A model generated the notes under the pieces. The model saw only the letters and a program-made list of their open reading frames with translations. It made no database searches and had not been told where the DNA came from. Below are positions 36,465 through 48,520 of a DNA stretch of 64,000 nucleotides, piece after piece. The stretch is from the NCBI RefSeq assembly GCF_006345805.1, contig NC_042998.1, positions 195,486,001-195,550,000 of the forward strand, given 5' to 3'. Each line of letters opens with the position of its first letter. Position 1 is the first letter of the stretch. The position numbers were made by a program, and so were the translations under genes. The stretch is from Octopus sinensis. Its lineage: Eukaryota.

Positions 36465-38929
36465 ACTAGCAGTATCGCCCGGCGTTGCTCGGGTTTGTAA
36501 GGGAAATAACTATATAAGCATTTTTAGAGAGTTATAGCCAAAAAATAGGGAAAAATGCATTAAAAATGGAAAACAAATGATGGTAATTTTTTTTTAAAAT
36601 TATTGACTCATCGTAGACATTTTTAGAGAGTTACTTCCCTTATATAATAGCGAAAAAATGCATTAAAATGGAAAAAAAAATGATGGTAAATTTATTTTTA
36701 AATCGTAGACTCATCGTAGACGCGCGCTAATACCCAGAAGGGCTCGATATGAATCACGACTATAAGATACCCGCTTTTGGTTAAACTGCACCGCAAAATG
36801 TGGGAGGAGTTAGGAATCTAAATCGTAGGAGACAGACACACAACTTCTCTTTTATATATAACTAGCAGTATCGCCCGGCGTTGCTCGGGTTTGTAAGGGA
36901 AATAACTATATAAGCATTTTTAGAGAGTTACTTCCTTTATAGATACCAATTCAGGCTTTCTTAGCCATTTCTGTTTTGGTGTCTTCAAGCCATGAAGTCG
37001 TTGTTCTAAAAGAACGCTGGTCTCCTTGACAACGCTTTACGACGTTGATTTCCTTACACTCCCTTCCCCACAGCTTCACGGGGGAGGGAAGAAGGGGGAG
37101 AAGCAAACACAGGTGCAGGTGTTTGAGCGTGGACGCCAACTCCGCCGCCATCGACACACGAAAAATTATGCATTAAAATGGAATAAAAAATGATGTTAAA
37201 TTATTTTTAAAATCGTAGACTCATCGTAGACGCGCGCTAATAGCCAGACGGGCTCGATATGAATCACGACTATAAGATACCCGAATTTGGTTAAACTGCA
37301 CCGCAAAATGTGGGAGTAGTTAGGAATCTAAATCGTAACAGCAAACTCCATAACAACTATGGAATTTACACCTGCAATGCTGCGACGTCACCTTCAAAAT
37401 AAGCGCAACTATGCCTCCCCTGGTCTCGATGGAGTTACATACCTGCTTCTCAAACGTGGCAGGCACTTCCTTTTACACCAGCTTTCTATTTTCTTCCAGT
37501 ACTGTCTCAACAATGGTGCTACTCCGGAGCAGTGGAAAACTGCCAGTGTCATTCCTCTGTTCAAAAAGGGCGACCGCACATCACCTGTCAACTATCGCCC
37601 AGTCAGTCTCACTAGCTGTATTGCAAAAACTGATGGAATCGTGTGTCAGAGAAACACTCTGGAACTTCTGGAGCTCTCACAGTCTCATCCGACCCTCACA
37701 ATATGGATTTGTCCCTAACTCCAGCTGCAGTGACCAGCTTGTCGAGTTCCTTGAGGACATTACTCAGATTACTGACAGTGGCTCATGGGTGGATGTTGTC
37801 TACCTTGACTTTGCTAAGGCTTTCAACTCTGTGCCACACAAAAGGCTTATGGTGAAACTCTCTGCAATAGGTGTGGGGGATGACCTTTTTAACTGGTTGA
37901 AATCCTTCATCCTCAGCCGAAAGGAGGTAGTCACAGTTCTAGGACAGCACTCTACACCATATGAGATGTCATCGGGTGTACCACAGGGATCTGTCCTTGG
38001 TCCCCTTGTTTTTTGGCATACATTAACGACATAGATGCCAATTTAAAGAATGCCACAGTATTGAAATATGCAGACGACATCAAGCTGTACCTTGAAATCA
38101 AGAGGACAGATCCTGATGTCTACAACTCTTTCCTGCAATCAGACCTAGACACAATGCAGCAATGGATCACAGACTGGCAACTGAAACTGGCTGTGGACAA
38201 GTGTACCACCATGCATTTTGGGAGAAAAAACCCTGCGTTCACATACTCCCTCCACAACACTGATATCAAGAAATCCTCTTGCGAGCGTGACCTAGGCATC
38301 ACTGTCAGCAGTGATTTGCGTTGGTCAAAGCATATCTCTAAGATTGTCAGGAAGGCCGAGGTGGTCTTGGCATCACTCAGCAGGTCTTTTGTTAGCGCTC
38401 TCCAGCCATCTATTTAAAACTGTTATACAGCTATGGTACGACCACACTTGGAATTCGCATCATCAGTTTGGAACCCCTATCTTGCACAGAACATTGACCT
38501 CCTGGAATCTGTCCAGAGACGTGCAACCAAACGCATACCCTCCATCAGACACCTACCATATTCTGAGCGCCTTGTTTCCCTGGGCATGGATTCACTGAAG
38601 CTCCGGCGTTTGGCGACGGACTTGGTAAACACCACACAAAGTTATCAACCACCTCACCAACAACAACCTGAACACCTTTTTGATCTCCATGTGTCTAACA
38701 CACGTGGACATGCCTACAAAGTCAGAAAACAATACAGCTCCCATGACTTTCGGAAACATTTTTTCACGCTCAGAGTTGCTGAAGCATGGAATAAAACTGC
38801 CTGCGTCAGTTGTTGACTGCCATGACACTGCATCTTTTAAGGCCCTCATGCTTTCCGAAATCCGCCGAAACTACACCTGATTATATATACACTTTAGATG
38901 AGTTGTAGTGCACCTGAGCACTGTACACA

Positions 38930-38965
<36 letters not shown>

Positions 38966-39003
38966 GGAGACAGACACACAACTTCTCTTCTATATATAAA
39001 GAT
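36465..39003 (+). mobile_element. Two-unit Helitron/HINE-like non-autonomous element (units 36465-36860 and 36861-39003), the second interrupted by CR1
   Basis: Each unit starts ACTAGCAGTATCGCCCGGCGTTGCTCGGG (CCCG..CGGG hairpin) and ends GACAGACACACAACTTCTC..TATATATA. No TSD and no TIR. Confidence 0.6.
37338..38965 (+). pseudogene. 5'-truncated CR1-clade LINE, RT region to 3' end
   Basis: SPGLDG, NYRPVSLTS, YLDFAKAFNSVPH, GVPQGSVLGP, YADDIK, ERDLG and VRPHLEF motifs across 4 frameshifted ORFs, with a (TTA)n tail. Confidence 0.95.
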
Positions 39004-39178
39004 TGCCTGTTATCCATCACCATGTGGTGAACACATTCAATGTTTTTCTTGGTTATGGGAGTTACAGGACGTCCAGACCTAGGGTTATCTTCAAGGCTCT
39101 CCCTTCCCCTCCTAAATTCAGCTACCCACTTTTGCACTGTTAATAAAGCTGGAGCATCATCACCTAATGCAGTAACCA
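39004..39178 (-). pseudogene. mariner transposase N-terminal (HTH) fragment
   Basis: VQKWVAEFRRGRESLEDNPRSGRP. Confidence 0.75.
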
Positions 39179-39189
39179 TCTATTATGGA

Positions 39190-39571
39190 TGGAAGCACTC
39201 CGTCGGTTACGACGACGAGGGTTCCGGTTGATCCGATCAACGGAACAGCCTGCTCGTGAAATTAACGTGTAAGTGGCTGAGCACTCCACAGACACGTGTA
39301 CCCTTAACGTAGTTCTCGGGGATATTCAGCGTGACACAGAGAGTGACAAGGCCGGCCCCTTGAAATACAGGTACAACAGAAACAGGAAGTAAGCGTGAGA
39401 GAAAGTTGTGGTGGAAGAGTACAGCAGGGATCACCACCATCCCCTGCTGGAGCCTCATGGAGCTTAGGTGTTTTCGTTCAATAAACACTCACAACGCCCG
39501 GTCTGGGAATCGAAACCGCGATCCTATGACCGCGAGTCTGCTGCCCTAACCACTGGGCCATTGCGCCTCCA
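39190..39571 (-). mobile_element. tRNA(Arg-like)-headed SINE, family C, full length
   Basis: Head GGCCCAGTGGTTAGGGCAGCAGACTCGCGG...TTCGATTCCC with a TCG anticodon-like loop. Confidence 0.85.
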
Positions 39572-39945
39572 ACCATCTATCATACTTTAATCTCTTGCCC
39601 CCAACATCGCTTGACAACCGATGCTGGTGTGTTTACGTCGACGTAACTTAGCGGTTCGGTAAAAAAAAAACCCCGATAGAATGAGTACGAGGCTTACAAA
39701 GAATAGGTCCTGAGGTCGATGTGTTCGACTAAAGGTGGTGCTCCAGCATTGCCGCAGTCAAATGACAGCAACAAGTAAAAGAATAAAAGATAAAAAAAGA
39801 TAAAATATTTAGAAGTCCACCTTAATTATCTCCCTTTACCTGGTAGATATCTTTCTTTATTTGTCGTTGCCTTCTCACTCAACACTTCAATGTCAGCAGC
39901 CCAGGTTAAAACAACAAAGATTTCATTAAAATATTGCTTAGTAGA

Positions 39946-40316
39946 GTGGAGGCGCAATGGCCCAGTGGTTAGGGCAGCGGACTCGCGGTTTCGATTCCCA
40001 GACCGGGCGTTGTGAGTGTTTATTGAGCGAAAACACCTAAAGCTCCACGAGGCTCCGGCAGGGGATGGTGGTGATCCCTGCTGTACTCTTTCACCACAAC
40101 TTTCTCTCACTCTTACTTCCTGTTTCTGTTGTACCTGTATTTCAAAGGGCCGGCCTTGTCACTCTCTGTGTCACGCTGAATATCCCCGAGAACTACGTTA
40201 AGGGTACACGTGTCTGTGGAGTGCTCAGCCACTTACACGTTAATTTCACGAGCAGGCTGTTCCGTTGATTCGGATCAACCGGAACCCTCATCGTCGTAAC
40301 CGACGGAGTGCTTCCA
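39946..40316 (+). mobile_element. SINE family C, near-identical inverted partner of 39190-39571
   Basis: Colinear except for a short deletion between TCGCGG microhomologies in the head. Confidence 0.85.
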
Positions 40317-40544
40317 CCGGCTTGGTAGAGAAATGTTTCTCATCCGATGAAAAAGTAGAAATCATTAGAATTGTTGTGACGATTGAAGCTTAACCCCAGG
40401 GTAGACCTAAGTTATTAGGTACTCTTGCCTTTGATTATTCAGCTTTTTTTTTATACCTATACTTTCATTCACCAATGTACCTTGTTTTGTCTTGTTTTTT
40501 TAAGTAGAGTGTGATATGGTTTCGTCTGTTTAACTCCTTTTTAT

Positions 40545-40878
40545 TTATTGCCAGCCTCGCCTGGCCCCCGTGCCGGTGGCACGTAAAAGCACCATCCGTT
40601 CGTGTCCGTTGCCAGCCTCGCCTGGCCCCCGTGCCGGTGGCACGTAAAAGCACCATTCGTTCGTGGCCGTTTGCCAGCTCCGTCTGGCACCTGTGCGGGT
40701 GGCACATAAAAAGCACCCACTACACTCACGGAGTGGTTGGCGTTAGGAAGGACATCCAGCTGTAGAAACACTGCCAGATCTGACTGGGCCTGATGCGGCC
40801 TTCTGGCTTCACAGATCCCCGGTCGAACCGTCCAACCCATGCTAGCATGGAAAACGGACGCTAAATGATGATGATGAT
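40545..40878 (+). mobile_element. Family B repeat with internal tandem units
   Basis: GGCACGTAAAAGCACC units followed by the core and (GAT)n. Confidence 0.8.
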
Positions 40879-41431
40879 TAATATAACGTGTTTGTTGGAG
40901 ATTTGGCTGATATTTAAACAGGTTGAGGAACTACATGCTGACTTATTTATATTGGGTAGGATATGCCTTCTCTCTGATCAAATTGAATGAATCATGTATA
41001 AGAAGTATGACATTATATGGTACAGAGAAGTAGGTTACTCAGTATGAAAGATCTGCAAAGACAAGAAACGTGTTGTAGTGCACCTGAGCAGTTGTGGTGC
41101 ACCTGAGTCTGTTGTGGTGCACCTGAGCACTGTATACAATAATTTCATTTCATTATTAAATGAAGCAGATAAGCTTTGTTGTGCATTTTTGTTTAGCCCT
41201 AAATCACGCAAATCTATGATGAAAGACAATCCAATTGTATAATTACAGCTAGTTAGAAGTAATTAAAGATATAATTACTATGTTTATGTTGTATCCTCAA
41301 TTTGTCTAAACTGGGAAATTTGGGATGTATTTTATAAATACCAAGAATTTTTAATGAAAGACAATCCAACCTGACTTTTTCAGTTGATCTTATGTTATTC
41401 TTCCATTAAGACAGTGTTTGCTAGAGATATA

Positions 41432-41935
41432 ATAATAATAATGAAATTATTGTATAGTGCTCAGGTGCACCACAACTTGTCAAAAGTGCGTATAAAGCAG
41501 ATGCAGTAATGTACAAATGTCTGGAAAGTGAACAGTGTATGAGTCAGATACATGCTTGCGTGTGTATGGAGGGGAGAAAATCAGGTGTAGTGTTGGCGAA
41601 TCTCAGGAAGCATGGAAGTTTTGAAGTATGCAGTGCTCCAACAACTAACAACTGATGCCGGCAGTTTGTTCCATGCTTCAGCAACTCTCAGCGTGAAAAA
41701 ATGTTTCCTAAAGTCATGGGAGCTGTGCTGTTTTCTGACTTTGTAAATATGTCCACGGGTGTTAGATGGGTGGAGTTTGAAAAGGTGCTCAGAGTTATTG
41801 TTTGTACGATAGTTGATAATTTTATGGGTGTCTGCCAAGTCAGCTGCCAGATGTCAGAGTTTCAATGTGTCCATGCCCAGGGAAGTAAGGCGTTCAGGAT
41901 ATGGCAAATGCTATTTCCAGTTAGTTCTGTTTAAG
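41432..41935 (-). mobile_element. CR1 LINE 3' end
   Basis: HFFTLRVAEAWNKLPASVV...EIRQHYT* plus 3' UTR and (TTA)n-type tail. Confidence 0.9.
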
Positions 41936-42164
41936 CAATCATCAAGAAGTTCCCTAATGGACTGCACTAAGCTAGAGGGACAGAGTCACGAGAATGGCTG
42001 GGTAGTAACTGTGTGAGCTGACGTATAGAGTGTAGCTGGGTAGTAAATGTGTCAACAGATGTAGAGACTGGCTGGGCAATGTGTTAGCAGATGTATAGAG
42101 AGTTTGGCTGGGTAGTTATTATGCTAGTAGAAAGCACAGATGGGCAGTAAATTTATAAGCAGGT

Positions 42165-42940
42165 GTGCTGGTGGCACGTAAAAAGCACCCACTACACTCT
42201 CGGAGTGGTTGGCATTAGGAAGGGCATCCAGCTGTAGAAACTCTTCCAGATCAAGATTGGAGCCTGGTGCAGCCATCTGGTTCGCCAGCCCTCAGTCAAA
42301 ATCGTCCAGCCATGCTAGCATGGAAAGCGGATGTTAAATGATGATGATGGTGCCAGTGGCACGTAAAAAGCACCCGCTACACTCTCGGAGTGGTTGGCAT
42401 TAGAAAGGGCATCCAGCTGTTGAAACTCTACCAGATCAAGATTGGAGCCTGGTGCAGCCATCTGGTTCGCCAGCCCTCAGTCAAAATCGTCCAACCCATG
42501 CTAGCATGGAAAGCAGACGTTAGACGATTATGATGATGTATAAAGCTTGTGGTTGAGTCGCATGTCAACAGCTGCAGAGAATGTTGTTGGGAAGTAAATG
42601 TACGAAGTGTAACTTGATAGCAAATGGATTAGCAGATTTAGACAGTGGGATGGTTGTGCGTCAATGGATGTTGAGGGTGGCAGGATTGTGATGATGCAAA
42701 TGCACGTAAAAAGCACCAACCGATCGTGGCCGTTGCCAGCGTCCCCTGGCTGGCCCCCGTGCCGGTGGCACGTAAAAAGCACCCACTACACTCACGGAGT
42801 GGCTGGTGTTAAGAAGGGCATCAAAAAACACTGCCAGATCAGACTGGAGCCTGGTGCAGCCTCCTGGCTTCCCAGACCCCGGTCAAACCGTCCAACCTGT
42901 GCTAGCATGGAAAATGGACGTTAAACGATGATGAGGATGA
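42165..42940 (+). mobile_element. Three successive family B copies
   Basis: Cores at ~42185, ~42370 and ~42780. Confidence 0.8.
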
Positions 42941-43284
42941 CTGACAGAAGTATGAAAGAAAACTGGCTGAACTGGTTGGTGAGGGCATGTAATGTCAATG
43001 GACAAAAGATGCTGGCTGAAAAAAATGCAATGTGCCATCAGTGCAGGGTATTCATAGAAGAGGAAGATATAGGAAAAATTGGTGACACTATCAGATAAAT
43101 TATAAAATTCTAAAATTGTCTGATATGAAGTGCAGTAGATTCATCCAACCCATATTAACCTGGAAAAATACACATTAAAATATTGACAATGAAATAAAAA
43201 AAATAATTGATCTTTTAATGGAAGTGGCAACATAACAGGCATGATCTTTTGACATACTATGCAATAATATAATCATCATCATCA

Positions 43285-44060
43285 TCATCGCCTGGCCCCC
43301 GTGCCGGTGACACGTAAAAGCACCATCCGTTTGTGGCCGTTTGCCAGCTCCGTCTGGCACGTAAAAAGCACCCACTACACTCACGGAGTGGTTGGCGTTA
43401 GGAAGGGCATCCAGCCGTAGAAACACTGCCAGATCTGACTGGGCCTGATGCAGCCTTCCGGCTTCACAGACCCCAGTTGAACCGTCCAACCCATGCTAGC
43501 ATGGAGAACGGATGCTAAATGATGATGATGATGATAATAATAATAAAAATAATGAAATTATTGTATACAGTGCTCAGGTGCACCACAACTTGTCAAAAGT
43601 GCATATAAAGCGTATGCAGTAATATGCAAATGTCTGGGAAGTGAACAGTGTATGAGTCAGATACATGCTTGCGTGTGTATGGAGGGGAGAAAATCAGGTG
43701 TAGTGTTGGCGAATCTCAAGAAGCATGGAAGTTTTGAAGGATGCAGTGCTCCGACAACTAACAACTGATGCCGGCAGTTTGTTCCATGCTTCAGCAACTC
43801 TTAGTGGGAAAAAATGTTTCCGAAGGTCATGGGAGCTGTGCTGTTTTCTGACTTTGTAAACATGTCCACAGGTGTTAGACAGATGGAGTTTGAAAAGGTG
43901 CTCAGAGTAATTATTGCGTGTGTATGGAGGGAAGAAAATCAGGTGTAGTGTTGGCGAATCTCAGGAAGCATGGAAGTTTTGAAGGATGCAGTGCTCCGAC
44001 AACTAACAACTGATGCCGGCTGTTTGTTCCATGCTTCAGCAACTCTTAGCATGAAAAAAT
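43285..44060. mobile_element. Family B (+) abutting a CR1 3' end (-) with a partial internal duplication
   Basis: (GAT)n meets (AAT)n at ~43530. The CR1 block GCGTGTGTATGGAGG...CAGCAACTCTTAG occurs twice. Confidence 0.8.
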
Positions 44061-44257
44061 ATTTTCGAAAGACATAAAGAACTGTATAACTCAGCATCAT
44101 CAATTCTACATTTGCTTTTCCAAGCGAGTTTAGACTATTTCCACACTCTGTCTTGCCACTTGTGTTCCTTTGTCCGAGTTCAAACCTTACTATTTCTTCA
44201 CACTCAAAACATGTCCACTCCAGTGCAGTTTTCTTTCTACAATTGATAAAGCGCTTA

Positions 44258-44785
44258 TACTCTTTACTCTTTTACTTGTTTCAGTCATGTGGCAGTGGCC
44301 ATGCTGTTGCACCGCCTTTAGTCAAGCAAATCGACTTATTCTTTGTAAGCCTAGTACTTATTCTATCCATCTCTTTTGCCGAGCCGCTAAGTTACGGGGG
44401 ACGTAAACACACCAGCATCAGCTGTCAAGTGATGTTGGAGGGACAAACAGACACAAACACACATATATATACATATACATATATACGACGAGCTTCTTTT
44501 GGTTTCCGTCTAACCCTGATGTAATCTCCAGGGATACAGGCATCCAGCAACAGGACCTCCGTAATGCCATGATGGACCGTGAAGTCTGGCGTAGCATGGT
44601 AAATTCCATTGTCTCGACCATGGTTGAACAATGATGATGATGATTCTGTCTACCAACTCCACTCACAAGGCTTTGATCGGCCTGAGGCTATAATAGAAGA
44701 CACTTGCTCAAGGTGCCACGCAGTGGGACTGAACCTGGAACCATGTGGTTCGTAAGCAAGCTACTTACCACACAGCCACTCTTGC
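44258..44785 (-). mobile_element. SINE family A interrupted by an RTE-X-type fragment (44513-44643, +)
   Basis: The insert matches 5830-5960, with TSD-like TTC(C/T)GTCTA on both sides. Confidence 0.85.
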
Positions 44786-45403
44786 TTATTTTTTTTTTTT
44801 TATTACCAAAGACTGCTTCGGCTCCATTGTTCATACACATTAACATTACAAGAAAATTTGAAAACAAAGCTTTATAAAAAACCCAAACAATAGTTACGTT
44901 AAACTGCAGTTTTTTATTCTTTACAGGTATTTTTTCCTTTTTTTTTCACAATTTAACATTAGATTGTCACCAGTTTTTGAAACAATTTCTTTTGTTTCTG
45001 TTTTATTTCTCTCTCTTTAGGAGACATCATAGGTGGTAGATTTCGTAAGATTTTTCTTAATGGGATACTATCATTTTAGCAGTATCTTTAGTATCAAGAA
45101 ACTAAATGTAACTTTAGAACAGGTTTTTTACTGCTATACATATATATACACATATATATATACATAGATACATGCATATATATAATATTCTATATACATA
45201 CTTATATAAATATACACAATCAGGGAGGGAGGTTCTCTCAAGAAACAGCAGCAGCAAGCTAAATTCACTCTTTGTCATCTACCTACTTACTGGTCTACAC
45301 ATCTTTCTTGAAAGGTCTCATTATCCAAATATTTCTCTAGCCCTTTGAAGAAATTTCACCTGTCTACTAGATCAGTGAGCAATGAAGAACTTTACCTCCT
45401 TAA

Positions 45404-45623
45404 CCCTTTTGCATTCAGATTATTCTGTCAAATGTAAAGCTTATGTATTCACACCATGTAAAATTAATCTTGCATCATTTCATGGCTTTGAGATTTCAAT
45501 GATGTGATTGTTTATTTTTAAAATGACACAATAAGGTAGCTATGAATGACCATATATGACTAGTTTGATCATAAAATAGGTAGAATATTTTGGCCGGATA
45601 TGGCCGGTTTAAACACTAAAGGG
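45404..45623. mobile_element. piggyBac-type MITE, second family
   Basis: TTAA|CCCTTT ... AAAGGG|TTAA. Confidence 0.7.
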
Positions 45624-46627
45624 TTAAACCTTGACCATTAGAACCATAAGACATCCTGTAACGGCTAGGAGGGTGATATACTCTGATGATGACATAATTC
45701 ATGTAAGAAACATACTCACTGATGTATCATTAGATACAGGATTCTACCCTTCCTTACAAAAGTCTATTTAATTGGTTTACATATTCAGTTATGTAATGTG
45801 AAATTTCTTCTGTTAAGGATAATGAGGTTATAGGAGGGAAACGGAATTATTAACTTTCAACAAAGAGTATCCATAATTAAGGCAACATATTTAGGAAAAT
45901 GAGAAACTCTAAGAGAAAATCGGTACAGAGTAGACAATGCTGCATGTTCTGGCAACATGAATTTTTCTACATGTGTTAGACATAGCTCGTTCCAGTATCA
46001 CAAAAGCTGGTATAAGGAAGGGAATTCAGCATGAACCATTGAGCTACACAAACAATCCAGAATACTGATGTATGTGAAAGACAGAGATTACAAAATGACT
46101 CTTTACATGTCTTAGAGTAGAGAACTACCAAAATGCAGAAATTCTCACAAACAAAAGAATTCTATTTCTTGAAAATGCATAACCCTTATTATCAAACAAT
46201 TTATTCATTCATTGGTGAGCAGTGCCTTGACAAATTGGGGAGTCTTCACCGTGGGATCACATAAAACAAGACAATGAATAGGATTCTAATCATTGTTATA
46301 AAACCATTCGCACAGTTGAACAATACAATGGCATCTGCTCATAGAAATGAACAAAATGGTAACGCACTCATGTGCTAAGCAGGATACAGGAATTCATTTC
46401 ACCTTGCTCTTTGATTCCTACATGATTATGCAAATCACACACACATACACTGTAAAACTTAATGATCCTCTAAATATTTTTGTAAACCATTCATAAGAGC
46501 ATTTCTAAGTCTAGCAATTAATGGTCAGAAGGTTTTTTGAATATTGCAAGAGGCACAAGTTAGAGGTGTTTCTTTTTGTTGGAGGAATTTTTGAAACATA
46601 TTTAGTCTGAGGTGGAAGCAATTCTGC

Positions 46628-46868
46628 TGACATATATTTATTTCTTTACTACCCACAAGGGGCTAAACACAGAGGGGACAAGCAAGAACAGACAAACGGA
46701 TTAAGTTGATTACATCGACCCCAGTGCGTAACTGGTACTTAATTTATCGACCCCGAAAGGATGAAAGGCAAAGTCGACCTCGGCGGAATTTGAACTCGGA
46801 ACGTAACGACAGACGAAATACGGCTACGAATTTCGCCCGGCGTGCTAATGTTTCTACCAGCTCGCCAC
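46628..46868 (-). mobile_element. SINE family E with head
   Basis: Full head-to-tail match with 51553-51781. Confidence 0.85.
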
Positions 46869-47614
46869 CTTATATATATTGGCCCTGTTTAAATGTTTAA
46901 AAGAATTAAAATAAAGAAAAGAAATTATTAGCAGAGCAACTCTTTCCTCAGAAAAATTTCAGAAAATAATTCGAAATCAGAAAGACCAAAAAGCAACCGT
47001 TCAAGTCAATGATCCAATGTTTTATAATAAACTAGAATTTTAAAATATATTCTTTGTTATTTACTCATATACATTCTGTGAAATTGGGGCAATTTCTGAA
47101 CATACAGTTTCAGGAGTCATTTCATTTTATACACAGTTAATTATATTACTGTACTGGGTTTTAAAGATTAAGCAGTAATGTGTGTGTGAGTGTATACGCA
47201 TACATTTATGCCCTGACATCTCACTTTCTCTCTTTCACAATATATATATATATATATAAGCATGCATACAGTAATTTATACCCAAACATTGTGGTATGCA
47301 TACACATATAAACTTTTTTGTACATGTTGGAATTTCATAATTGAACGTTTTAAAATAAAAAATAAAGGAAACAAATAGATAAATTAAATTAATATCACAA
47401 AGAAAGAAAATTTAGTTCAAACATCCAATAATGAAAAGCCTTGACATTAGAGGATACTTTGACATCTCTGGAGATTCTTCGGTAGATTGTCAAACAAAAA
47501 GCAATATTTGAGTTCAGAGGAATATACTTCCTGTTTTAATACTGTTGTTTTAGTTTATCTTAAGATCCAACAGAACATTAACGACAAAGCAATTACCACG
47601 ATATGAACAGCAGA

Positions 47615-48204
47615 TCAGGGAAATGGCGCAATGGCATTGATCTCTCGTTTTGAAACTGATACCGGCTTTTTCAAGAACCAATTCTTTAGTCTACTTTCGG
47701 AATCAGAGAAGTCACAGTCAAAGCTCTCATTGGATACTTGGCGCTGGGTGGTCATGGGTTTCACATCTCCTGAACTTTTTGTCGCCGTTAAATTCATTAA
47801 GGAAACTTTCTCTACAAGGGTCATGTCGGACCTCTCATGATTCAGGTTTGAATCACTCTTGAACCGATACAAAGAACTTTTGCTTTTTTCACATACTTGA
47901 GACGATCGAGACATCTCAGATATGGTTTCATGCAATACATCATGAGATTTTGACATTTTCCTTTGTTTTGTTGCTTGAGAGAGAGTCATAGGCATCACAT
48001 CTTCAGACTCATCATCAAGTTGGAACATTTCCTCTTGGCATTCATCATAGACTGCAGCAAATTTTGGTAATGATAATTCTTTGGAGCTCTGTGACTTTGT
48101 TAACTGTGGGTTGCTTTCTTGTTGACCAAACGATGGTAATTTGGTGGGTTTCAGGCTAATTTCCACTGGTTTTAATGCTTCTTTATCTACCCATGGTCCT
48201 TTCG
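47615..48204 (-). CDS. Candidate terminal coding exon of uncharacterised gene 2 (x-KGPWVDKEALKPVEISLKP...WFLKKPVSVSKREINAIAPFP*)
   Basis: Acceptor TTTTATTTTATGTTTCAG|CG (phase 1), 196 open codons in unique sequence (the longest non-repeat ORF), Ser-rich, and a C-terminal motif shared with 10326-10601. Confidence 0.7.
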
Positions 48205-48264
48205 CTGAAACATAAAATAAAACGGAATATACGTTAGAAATGGCCTCAAAATTGATATTGATTT

Positions 48265-48520
48265 AAGCAATATAATGTGCAGAGAACAGGGATGGAATGT
48301 CGAGTATTACCACCTGGCAGTGGGGGCTAGGGGCTTCATTGAAAGAGAAATGACAATGCCATTCAAAAGATTTGTTTTTGCTAGCTCAGAGCTGAGAAAA
48401 CTAATAAGGAGAGTACAGGAGGCGGTCGAAAAAGCCAGTTTCTATATATGGCTAAAGCAGGAAGATCAAAAATGGCTTGAAAGTCATAACATGCCGGCAG
48501 AAAATAACATCACGAGGTGA
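48265..48520 (+). pseudogene. C-terminal fragment of an RLE-type non-LTR retrotransposon (HERO-like)
   Basis: C...GW...AVGARGFI...EKASFYIWLK...KW resembles the post-endonuclease C-terminus of HERO-type ORFs. Confidence 0.5.

Noticed and set aside
39510-39571. tRNA genes at SINE heads (also 15680-15740 and 39946-40000)
   Set aside because: There is no complete cloverleaf or acceptor stem, and each continues into a repeat body, so they are SINE promoters rather than tRNA genes.
48020-48040. TOS-like motif FQLDD in gene 2
   Set aside because: A five-residue match with a non-acidic second position is too weak to infer mTORC1/Raptor binding.
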